Below, in pieces: positions 20,414 to 28,797 of a stretch of DNA of 32,000 bases. The translations under genes were made by a program, and so were the position numbers. Numbering within the stretch: position 1 is the first letter of the stretch; every line of letters starts with the position of its first letter. The notes under the pieces are model-generated. The model made no database searches and was not told where the DNA came from. It saw only the letters and a program-made list of their open reading frames with translations. Source of the stretch: Trichodesmium erythraeum IMS101 (GTDB lineage Bacteria; Cyanobacteriota; Cyanobacteriia; Cyanobacteriales; Microcoleaceae); the NCBI RefSeq assembly GCF_000014265.1, contig NC_008312.1, positions 3,150,001-3,182,000 on the forward strand, written 5' to 3'.

Positions 20414-21302
20414 GTCATTGGAATTACCGATGAGCAATTTGAAAAATTAGTAGGAAATGCTCAAAAACTTGAATAAAAAAAAGACAGGCGATCGCTAGTT
20501 AAGAAAAAAGACTAATTAAGGCAGGATGAGAAAGAAAAAAAAGCTTAAAAGTCGAGGGGGGAAATCATCTTAACTTTATACTATTTACGTCTGTAACCCA
20601 CATTCCAAATACTAGGAATATATTTTGGTTTCAGCTCATCAACAGCAAATAATATTTTTCATGATTGGATAAATATATTACAAAAGTTACTCCCTAGTAG
20701 CTTGTTAGAACAATTTCAAGAAAAAGAAGACGAATATTTATGGATACAAGAAATTTTAACTGAACTTGAATTAATTGTATATATTACAGAACAAAGCATA
20801 TATAGGCCATACGCTGATGATAAACAGAAAAAATATTACTCCGGAAAAAAGAAAAATCATACATTGAAAAACTAAATAATAACGACAGAAAAAGAGACAA
20901 AAATAGTAGATATGATTGTCGGAAAAAGAGGTCCAGAAAACGATGTAAATTTACTCATGAAACAACAAAAAAAGTTTGATAAAGAATAAAAAATTTAGGG
21001 ATACAAATGGTGTTAAGGAGAACAGAAGACTATGACACAAAAAAAAGCCTAGAAAACAATAAATGACGCCATAAATAAAAGAAGATAACTTGAAATTAGC
21101 TAAAAAGAAAATATTCTTGGAACATGTTATTAGGTTGCTCAAAATATTTGGAGTAGCTAGAGAAGGGTTCAGCTTAAAAGAATATAATTATGAAAAGGTA
21201 ATTTTAACAATATGTGGTTTAGTCACACTAAGAATAGGAGCATTAATATTAGCATCAACTCTACTATATGTGGAAAAGAAGATAACAAAAACAATAGCTT
21301 AA
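20414..21302 (+). pseudogene. Heavily decayed IS5/DDE_Tnp_4 (Harbinger-like) transposase remnant
   Basis: Hand translation gives GITDEQFEKLV...LTLYYLRL*PTFQILGIYFGFSSSTANNIFHDWINILQKLLPSSLLEQ...ELIVYITEQSIYRPYADDKQKKYYSGKKKNHTLKN*...IVDMIVGKRGPENDVNLL...*GYKWC*GE...KKA*, then after a frame change KKIFLEHVIRLLKIFGVAREGFSLKEYNYEKVILTICGLVTLRIG. The motif order matches the common cyanobacterial DDE_Tnp_4 transposases. At least 7 in-frame stops. Confidence 0.6.
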
Positions 21303-21685
21303 TATGGTTAATAATTAACAGTAACTATCTCTAACACCATAAAGTATGTAAAAAATGACTATCTGAAAAATAGTTACAGTAAGGGAAGTGAGTATTTTTG
21401 GAGATATCTATTATACTCCGACCATTTGGTCAGACAGTACTTGGAATTGGACTTGGGCTTAGTCATGTTTACTTTTGTGCTACATACTGTCGTTTTTATA
21501 CTATGGGTATCCGCAGTGCAACACAGCGGTTTCTGTACATATTTCTGGCATTGGTTAATTTTGCTATGATTTTTGTGTTTAGGGAGTAGATACAGCCCTG
21601 CTTTTCTCCATGGTTGCTACTAAAACCTAAATGTGAGGGGATCCCGCGCTGTTTGAGAAAGCAGCGTCGGGAGGATGTTAATGTT

Positions 21686-24600
21686 TTACATTCCAACTAT
21701 GTCCCAAGTTGAATCAAGAGATCCAGGGTCAACGATCTGATTACGTGTGCCGTCATCATTCATTAACCAAATATGGTTAGCTCCATTGTTTTCATTGCGC
21801 CAGAGAATATCTGCGACTCCATCACCATTCAAATCTGGCATTCCTTTTACATTCCAGGGTGAATCATAACTTCCTAGGCTAATAGAATTCTGAACTTTTC
21901 CCTGATCATTCATTAACCAAATTTGGCTACTTCCTTTTTCATCACGCCAGAGAATATCGGCTACTTGATCAGCATTGAAATTTGCTACTCCTACTACATC
22001 CCAGCTTGAATTAAGACTATCAGGGCGGGCACTATTATTAACTGTGCCGTCATCATTCATCATCCAAATCATGTTATTTTCATTTTGATCACGCCAGAGA
22101 ATATCGGCTACTTGATCAGCATTGAAATCTCCTACTCCTGCTACGTCCCAGCTTGAATCAGGACCTAGGGAGCGAGCACGATGATTAAGTGCACCCTCAT
22201 CATTCATAAACCAAATCTCGTTATACCCGTATTTATTACGCCAGAGAATGTCTGTTGCTTGATCAGCATTGAAATCTGCTACTCCTCCTACAGACCAGCT
22301 TGAACCACGACGCTTGAGACGAGCACGACTATTAAATGTGCCGTCATCATTCATAAACCAAATCTCGTTACGTTTGTACTTATTACGCCAGAGAATGTCG
22401 GGTACTTGATCAGCATTGAAATCTCCTACTCCTGCTACACCCCATGTTGAATAATTACTTTTCAGGGGAGCACTATTATTAACTGTGCCGTCATCATTCA
22501 TAAACCAAATCTGGTTCTCTGCATTTGCAGGACTATCTATTTTTTTACGCCAGAGAATGTCTGCTACTCCATCGCCGTTGAAATCAAACTGGACTGGACT
22601 ATTATTAATAGTCGTAAAGTTCCAGGTGCTGTTGTTTTTAATACCAAGGTAATTATTGCCTGAAGTGTCTTGTATAGCATCTGCTTCTACCTCAACATAA
22701 TACTTTGTTCGTTCTGCTAAGTCTGCAGTGGGGTTAATGGTGAGGGTATTGTTTGAGATACTAACTAGACTAGAAGTAACATTTATAGTTTCTACTACTG
22801 AATTATCGCTGAATTGTTTGATAATTATGTTGCCTGTCCCTGCTTGGATGTTTTCATCAAAGTTTATGACTAAATTAGTTCCGATGGCGATATCTGTGGC
22901 ATTATCAGTTGGGGTGAAGGTTGCTGCTGTAGGTGCTTTATCGTCAAGATCGTTAACATTAATGGTTAACTGTTCTTCATAACTTGCTCCTTTTCCATCA
23001 GTAGTTTTAACTCGGATGCTATAACTAGACTGGGTTTCATAGTCTGGAGAACCATTAATTTTCAGTTGATCACCATCAACATTGAAACCTGCGTTATCCC
23101 TATCTCCGACACCTTCTACTAATGCATAAGTAAAGCTATCCTCATTGTCGGGGTCGGTAGTGGAAAATTTGCCAACTGTAGCACCTGGGGTTACATTCTC
23201 GTCAATGGTATTGTTGTCAAGCTTGATATCTGTGGGAGCAGAGTTGTCGTCTAAAGAATTAAACATTTCTACAGCACTATTTAGAAAACTTTCATCCTCG
23301 GTTGCAAGAATATCGAAAGCAACTGCATTTACTCTGTTTTCATCAGTAATTCCTGCTTTTTTTACCTTTGCCTTGGCTGCTGCAACTTCATCTTGAGGAA
23401 AGTCATCCAGCGATATAAATTTTTCAGGAAGATCTATAACAGTGGCTGGATTTTTAAATAAAGATTCTCCTTCTTTTACTCGCCAACTTTCACCATATTG
23501 TTGATGTATTTGTCTTACGGTTAAATTATTAGGAAGTTGAGTACCATCACGCAATGCAAAATCATTATTAGGGTTACCGTCATTATTTCCTAACAGCCCT
23601 TGCATTCTAGCAGAATCAGATATATAAATGTTGATATAACTGCTCCAATCAAAAGCTGTTAATGTAGTGTCATCAATATCAATAATACCATCGTTTCCTG
23701 CGTAGGTAATTGTGTATTTATTGTTATTACGTTCGATTTTACTGTTCCCAATACTCTTAGTCTCACCACTAGCTAAGGGAAAATCAACTCCATCAATTTG
23801 GAGCCTGTTATTAGGAAATTTCTGGTTAAAAACTACTCTTTGACCATCAACTAGGGTGGCGAAAGCTGTATTAACAGAAACTGATCTATTGTGTACAAAA
23901 GGTTCTTGACGAGTCTGAACTACCCAGTCATCATCCTTACGCGCTGTTTCCGCCATAATAAAATCGCCAAAGGATTGAAGATCATATTTACGACCATCAA
24001 AAGTGGCAAAGTGTACGTCACCCCAACCTATACCTTGACGTCTAATTCCCTCATACAAATTAAGGCGACCACCTGTGGCTGTTTTCAAACCATCAATAGG
24101 AGTCGTGATCTTAAGAATTTTATCTTTCAGCTCAACAGCACTCAAATCATCCAAAGCTTCATACATAGGACTCCCAACAGGATAAGTCTGCCTCCTGGCT
24201 CTTCTTGTCCCCAGCATTAAAGCTGCTGCTCCACTCACATAAGCTGCTGCTGCGGAAGTACCTGCACTGTATTCATAATTACCACCATCAATACCAGTAC
24301 CAACCGGTACCGTACTATAAATATCACTAGAATCATGAGGGTTATTATTATTATCAGGTAGATTGCTACCACCAGGAGCAGCTAAATCAACAGACTTTCT
24401 TCCATAATTGGAAAAAGGGGAAAGCCGATCATTATGGTCTGTTGCAGCTACAGAAATAATGTTGTTTAAATCATAGCTGGCGGGATAAGTTCTCATCTTT
24501 AAATTAGCATTATCATTATCATTGCTCTCATTACCAGCCGCTGCCACAAATAGTGGTGGTACTCGTCCTGAAGGATGGTTGACATTACTAATCGCTTCTT

Positions 24601-25804
24601 TCAATTCTTTAGAATAAGGCGTCCCAACCGGCTTACCCCAGCTAGCATTGATTATATCTACTTGAGCATCGTTAATCGCATAATCTATGGCCTCAATGAT
24701 ATCAGCATCAAACCCTATAGGATCATCATTCTCATCAAAGTCAAAGGCTTTTATTGGAACGATTTCGACATTCCAACTTACCCCAACTATTCCTTCATTG
24801 TTATTTCCTATAGCACCAATGATTCCAGCAACATGAGTACCGTGGCCGTCTAAGTCTTCCACTTCCTTAGAAATATTATCTGTATTATTATACCCATCAA
24901 CAAAATTCCTGGCCGCAGATAAGTCTAAATTATTGATTAAATCTGGATGATCTACGTCAACACCTGTATCAATAACAGCTACCCTAACTTTCGGACTACC
25001 GTTATCGTCTACCGGAGTTATGAGTTCTGGAGTTTCATAACCCCAAGCTTTTGGAGCGTTAATATCTGCACCATCTTTTCCCCCAGTTTGTCCTTTATTG
25101 TTGAGAGCCCAAAGACGACCTACTCCACGGCCAGGAGGAACAACAGAGTCTGGAATATTATTATAATCTGGATCATTAGGATGATAAAGACGCGACAACC
25201 TATTTTTATAGTTGGGCTGAATATCAATTTCCGGACGACTATCATATTCTTCAATAAATTCTTTTACAGTAGTAGAAATTGGTAATTTCCACACTTCACG
25301 GTCGAAGGCTTCAATTGTGGAAACTACTTCAATGTCTAATTCATCACGTAAAGATTGAATAGAATTAGAAAATGTTTCATTACTGGGATCTTCAAGGGTA
25401 ACAATGACTTCGCGTGGTTTATAATGTTCAGGTGAAGGCTTAAGAGTTATACGTGTACTACCTAATATGTCGAAGCTACCGTCATTGACAAAGTAGAAAA
25501 AACTTCCAGGGTAGCCTTTACCGTTATAATTTGCAGGGGCGTCATACTCTAACCCCACTAATTCCTCTGATGTTAGTATGTCATTTCTTTTAACTACTGT
25601 ACCATCAGCTTTAGTTACTTCTCCTAATCTTGGCACTCTGGCGACTCGGATAGTGAGGGGATCTCCATCGGCGTCCGTAGGGGTCGCGAGTCCTAAGGAT
25701 GTGTTTGTGCTATTTTCGTATACTGTGATTTTGTTTCTATCGACTACCGGAGGATTTTGACTAGAGTTCTGGCGTCCCTGAAAACTTAGTAGTGTTGTAC
25801 CCAT
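21686..25804 (-). CDS. Multidomain subtilisin-like (S8) serine protease with VWD, cadherin-like, Ig-like and 7 FG-GAP repeat domains
   Basis: 1372 aa. N-terminal Ig/cadherin-like segment (DADGDPLTIRV). I9-like propeptide. S8 triad in VAVIDTGVDVDHPDL, DGHGTHVAGIIGA, GTSAAAAYVSGAAAL. VWD start motif GWGDVHFATFDGRKYDLQSFGDF. Cadherin-like repeat (DENVTPGATVGKFSTTDPDNEDSFTYAL...INVNDLDD). SbsA/Big_5-like Ig domain. Seven about 50-aa repeats of the form FNADQVADILWR...IWxMNDDGT. No signal peptide. Confidence 0.9.
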   Translation of the reverse strand: MGTTLLSFQGRQNSSQNPPVVDRNKITVYENSTNTSLGLATPTDADGDPLTIRVARVPRLGEVTKADGTVVKRNDILTSEELVGLEYDAPANYNGKGYPGSFFYFVNDGSFDILGSTRITLKPSPEHYKPREVIVTLEDPSNETFSNSIQSLRDELDIEVVSTIEAFDREVWKLPISTTVKEFIEEYDSRPEIDIQPNYKNRLSRLYHPNDPDYNNIPDSVVPPGRGVGRLWALNNKGQTGGKDGADINAPKAWGYETPELITPVDDNGSPKVRVAVIDTGVDVDHPDLINNLDLSAARNFVDGYNNTDNISKEVEDLDGHGTHVAGIIGAIGNNNEGIVGVSWNVEIVPIKAFDFDENDDPIGFDADIIEAIDYAINDAQVDIINASWGKPVGTPYSKELKEAISNVNHPSGRVPPLFVAAAGNESNDNDNANLKMRTYPASYDLNNIISVAATDHNDRLSPFSNYGRKSVDLAAPGGSNLPDNNNNPHDSSDIYSTVPVGTGIDGGNYEYSAGTSAAAAYVSGAAALMLGTRRARRQTYPVGSPMYEALDDLSAVELKDKILKITTPIDGLKTATGGRLNLYEGIRRQGIGWGDVHFATFDGRKYDLQSFGDFIMAETARKDDDWVVQTRQEPFVHNRSVSVNTAFATLVDGQRVVFNQKFPNNRLQIDGVDFPLASGETKSIGNSKIERNNNKYTITYAGNDGIIDIDDTTLTAFDWSSYINIYISDSARMQGLLGNNDGNPNNDFALRDGTQLPNNLTVRQIHQQYGESWRVKEGESLFKNPATVIDLPEKFISLDDFPQDEVAAAKAKVKKAGITDENRVNAVAFDILATEDESFLNSAVEMFNSLDDNSAPTDIKLDNNTIDENVTPGATVGKFSTTDPDNEDSFTYALVEGVGDRDNAGFNVDGDQLKINGSPDYETQSSYSIRVKTTDGKGASYEEQLTINVNDLDDKAPTAATFTPTDNATDIAIGTNLVINFDENIQAGTGNIIIKQFSDNSVVETINVTSSLVSISNNTLTINPTADLAERTKYYVEVEADAIQDTSGNNYLGIKNNSTWNFTTINNSPVQFDFNGDGVADILWRKKIDSPANAENQIWFMNDDGTVNNSAPLKSNYSTWGVAGVGDFNADQVPDILWRNKYKRNEIWFMNDDGTFNSRARLKRRGSSWSVGGVADFNADQATDILWRNKYGYNEIWFMNDEGALNHRARSLGPDSSWDVAGVGDFNADQVADILWRDQNENNMIWMMNDDGTVNNSARPDSLNSSWDVVGVANFNADQVADILWRDEKGSSQIWLMNDQGKVQNSISLGSYDSPWNVKGMPDLNGDGVADILWRNENNGANHIWLMNDDGTRNQIVDPGSLDSTWDIVGM

Positions 25805-26637
25805 AGTTCTTTAGAAAATTGGTTATTTGTTGTTGTACAAAATTTAAACAACTCAAAGCTATATACTTTGAGTCTGTACTGCATCACCAGTTAAAGTGAT
25901 GACGGATGACCTATAAAGCTGGCAATTATGATATTACGAGCATTGCTCCAATCCCAGTGCGTAGTATTTCCACACTAAAGGAATTAAAAAATTGAAGCTT
26001 TTTGCGGTCTTTTTTTTTTAAATAGCACACTGAAATGATCATTTAGGCTTCTTGATAAAAGTTTACATAAAGTTAATATTTAGTTAGTTTATTACAGCGA
26101 TTTCCATTGTCATAAAGCACACTAAGTATCAAAAAAAACCTTATGCTATAATATTCTTATCATTTATTTTGTACCTCGTTTTATCTCTCATCTTTTGTAT
26201 CTATTCAGCAAAAGTAAGTAGAAATAGGCATAAAAATAAAATCAGGACTATAGTATATACTTTTATTTCATCAGGACAGTATAATTCTATTGAGGTCAAT
26301 CATGATCAAAAACAATCTTCATCTTTGTAGTACAACTCTATTGGAGAGACAAAAGCACTACAAAAAAGTGAAAGAAACGTTTTCAAGAAAACTGACTTTT
26401 AACTACAAAGAAAATCAAAAAAACAGTAATTCGAAAACCAGGAATTTTTCCAGGTGAAAATCTTGCTTAAGGTCTTTCAGTATTGATGTTGAAAAGCGAT
26501 CGTAGCCTAGTCTTTATATCGTCAAAATATTACACATCCTTAAAAGCGAGAAGCAAAAAATAGAAAGCCCCCTCAGCAACCAAGATGATGAAAACCCCTG
26601 CTGTTTCATAAAGTAGCGTCGGGAGGCTGTTAATATT

Positions 26638-28710
26638 TTACATCCCAACTATATCCCAAGCTGAACCGAAAGCTCCAGGGTTAAGGTTCTGAGCACGGGT
26701 GCTATCATCATCCATCAACCAAATACGGTTAGCTCCATTGTCATGGCGCCAGAGAATATCTGTCAGTCCATCAGCATTGAAATCTGCAACTCCTGCCACA
26801 TCCCAAGCTGAACCGAAAGACCCTGGGTTAATTATATCATCATGTGTGCCATCACCATTCATTAACCAAATGCTGTTAGTTCCATTTTTTTTACGCCAGA
26901 GAATGTCATCCACTCCATCAGCATTGAAATCTGCAACTCCGGCTACATCCCATGTTGAACCTAAACCTCCGGGGTTAACTGTATTATCAAGCTTGCCGTC
27001 ATTATTCATAAACGAAATTCTGTTCCGTCCATTGTTATGACGCCAGAGAATGTCATCCACTCCATCAGCATTGAAATCTGCAACTCCAGCTACATCCCAT
27101 GCAGCTCCAAAATTTCCCGGGTTAACCAGTTGTTTACGTTTGCCGTTATTATTCATCAACCAAATGCGGTTTAATTTTTGATTGTCACGACGCCAGAGAA
27201 TGTCATCCACTCCATCAGCATTAAAATCTCCCACTCCTACCACATCCCATGCAGCTCCAAAATTTCCCGGGTTTTTCGTACTCTTACGCGTACCGTTATC
27301 ATTCATCAACCAAACGCGGTTACCTCTATTTTTATTATGACGCCAGAAAATGTCTGCTACTCCATCAGCATTAAAATCTCCCACTCCTGCCACATCCCAT
27401 GCAGCTCCAAAATTTCCCGGGTTTTTCGTACTCTTACGCGTACCATTATCATTCATCAGCCAAATGCGGTTAGGTCCATTTTCACGACGCCAAAGAATAT
27501 CTGCTACTCCATCGCCGTTAAAATCAAACTTTACTGGTTGATCTAATGGGTCGAATGGGATGACTGTAACACCTATTTCGGCTGGGTTTGAGACTTCACC
27601 ATTATTATCTTCTACTGTGTAGGTGATAGTAGCCGTAGTTCCAGCAAATTCTGGTTCGGGGGTGAAGGTAAGGTTGCCAGCATTATCTACTGTGTAGGTT
27701 CCTTCATTTGCTACTGTCAGAGTGTTTTGCCGTCCGGCTGTAGATGGGTCTAGGTCTACTGTTGCTAGCTCTAGAGTACCGTCTGTATCTGAGTCGTTTT
27801 CCGTAATGCTGAAGGTGACTGCTTGTCCTTTGCTGGTGTTGGTGGTGTCATTTACCGCTATGGGTGGTGCATTCGGAGTAGGTAAGCTGTCACTGACTAC
27901 ATCTAATTTGACATTTTCGGAACTAACTTTAACTTGATAAGTTACTGTATCCCCTGCCTGACCATCCCCATTAAGATCCCCAGAAAAAGTAACATCGTAA
28001 GTTTGATTTGGGTCTACATCTAAACTATAACCACCTGCATCCCAAGTGGTGGTTGTGAAAATATTATTACTATTATTAGTATTAACTGCTGTAACTATTA
28101 TCCCGCTTATTCCTTCACCGACTGTATAGAAATTGTCATCCTTAACAGCATCAGTATAGGCCACACCTGTGATGAATGGGCCACTCGTTCCAGAATAAGC
28201 AAAATTTTGGGTAGTCATCACTGTGTTGTAATTTATACCCTCAAATGTAAACTCTCCCTGTAGTGAAGAAATTCCGACTTCCTGAAGGTTACTGCTCATC
28301 AGGGTTAGCCGATGACTGTTACTGCGGACGAGGTTTTCGTGGTTTTTCTCCACAAAAGTGGTGAAGTTGGGCGTACCTGTTGTTCCTCTCCAAGCTATAT
28401 TTTCCCCAGAACCATATGTTCCTGTGAATATGTACCCCGAATCCCGCATACGGTCTCCTGATTTCTTACCATTGGCTCCTGTATGACTAAATATGTTATT
28501 ATCTAACATCCATTGACTATGACCTTTAGCAGCAGTATTGAGGTTAAGATTAAATGCTAAAGGTTGTTTGGCATCGGAGGAAATTTGACCTTCAGAAAGT
28601 CCTTCGTTTAGGTTTCCATCTAGATATAAATCAGCTTCTGCTTGAGGATCTGCTCGACTTCTGTTTACCAATTCGAGCATATATTGGTCTTGAGGAGTTG
28701 GTTGTGTCAT
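26638..28710 (-). CDS. CAP/SCP (PR-1-like) domain protein with Ig/cadherin-like domain and 7 FG-GAP repeats
   Basis: 690 aa. The N-terminus MLELVNRSRADPQAE...HSQWMLDNNIFSHTG...GSGENIAW resembles CAP/SCP domains. APPIAVNDTTNTSKGQAVTFSITENDSDTDGTLELATVDLDP...TITYTVEDNNGEVSNPAEIGVTV is a bacterial cadherin/Ig-like module. Seven FDFNGDGVADILWR...IWLMNDNGT blades follow. No signal peptide. Confidence 0.88.
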   Translation of the reverse strand: MTQPTPQDQYMLELVNRSRADPQAEADLYLDGNLNEGLSEGQISSDAKQPLAFNLNLNTAAKGHSQWMLDNNIFSHTGANGKKSGDRMRDSGYIFTGTYGSGENIAWRGTTGTPNFTTFVEKNHENLVRSNSHRLTLMSSNLQEVGISSLQGEFTFEGINYNTVMTTQNFAYSGTSGPFITGVAYTDAVKDDNFYTVGEGISGIIVTAVNTNNSNNIFTTTTWDAGGYSLDVDPNQTYDVTFSGDLNGDGQAGDTVTYQVKVSSENVKLDVVSDSLPTPNAPPIAVNDTTNTSKGQAVTFSITENDSDTDGTLELATVDLDPSTAGRQNTLTVANEGTYTVDNAGNLTFTPEPEFAGTTATITYTVEDNNGEVSNPAEIGVTVIPFDPLDQPVKFDFNGDGVADILWRRENGPNRIWLMNDNGTRKSTKNPGNFGAAWDVAGVGDFNADGVADIFWRHNKNRGNRVWLMNDNGTRKSTKNPGNFGAAWDVVGVGDFNADGVDDILWRRDNQKLNRIWLMNNNGKRKQLVNPGNFGAAWDVAGVADFNADGVDDILWRHNNGRNRISFMNNDGKLDNTVNPGGLGSTWDVAGVADFNADGVDDILWRKKNGTNSIWLMNGDGTHDDIINPGSFGSAWDVAGVADFNADGLTDILWRHDNGANRIWLMDDDSTRAQNLNPGAFGSAWDIVGM
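26641..27540 (-). repeat. Seven about 150-bp FG-GAP blade-coding repeats; two adjacent copies nearly identical
   Basis: 27211-27323 versus 27361-27473 (offset 150) differ at 4 positions by hand alignment. The homologous array in the S8 gene lies at 21689-22600. Confidence 0.85.
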
Positions 28711-28769
28711 AGTTTATGTTGTAAATATAAATAACAGTAGTTGACAAAGTAGGAGGTATTTTTTTACCA

Positions 28770-28797
28770 ATCTAATGTAGATTAATATACATTAGAT
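28770..28797. promoter_or_regulatory. 10-bp perfect inverted repeat containing TGTA-N8-TACA (NtcA-box consensus), 60-87 nt upstream of the CAP gene ATG
   Basis: atctaatGTAgattaataTACattagat: arms at 28770-28779 and 28788-28797, with GTA at 28777-28779 and TAC at 28788-28790. The best downstream TAN3T (tacttt) is 25 nt from the box, longer than the usual 20-23 nt. Confidence 0.3.

Noticed and set aside
21398-21696. ORFs 21398..21589 (+, hydrophobic 63 aa, TTG start) and 21496..21696 (-)
   Set aside because: They have no RBS or family motifs, overlap each other and overlap the 3' flank of the S8 gene. The slightly higher GC here is noted, but I cannot support a gene or RNA call.
26302-26460. 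Possible 52-aa Lys-rich small ORF on the plus strand in the S8 upstream spacer
   Set aside because: It is below any reasonable confidence threshold: no SD, low-complexity basic sequence, and opposite orientation to the neighbouring genes.
2834-28710. Diversity-generating retroelement idea: a reverse transcriptase in the window plus two genes with similar C-terminal ends
   Set aside because: The RT is unambiguously group II intron type (GTGCG 5' end, domain V, maturase X, HNH). The differences between the two propeller cassettes are spread over all four bases rather than concentrated at adenines. There is no separate non-coding template repeat next to the RT.
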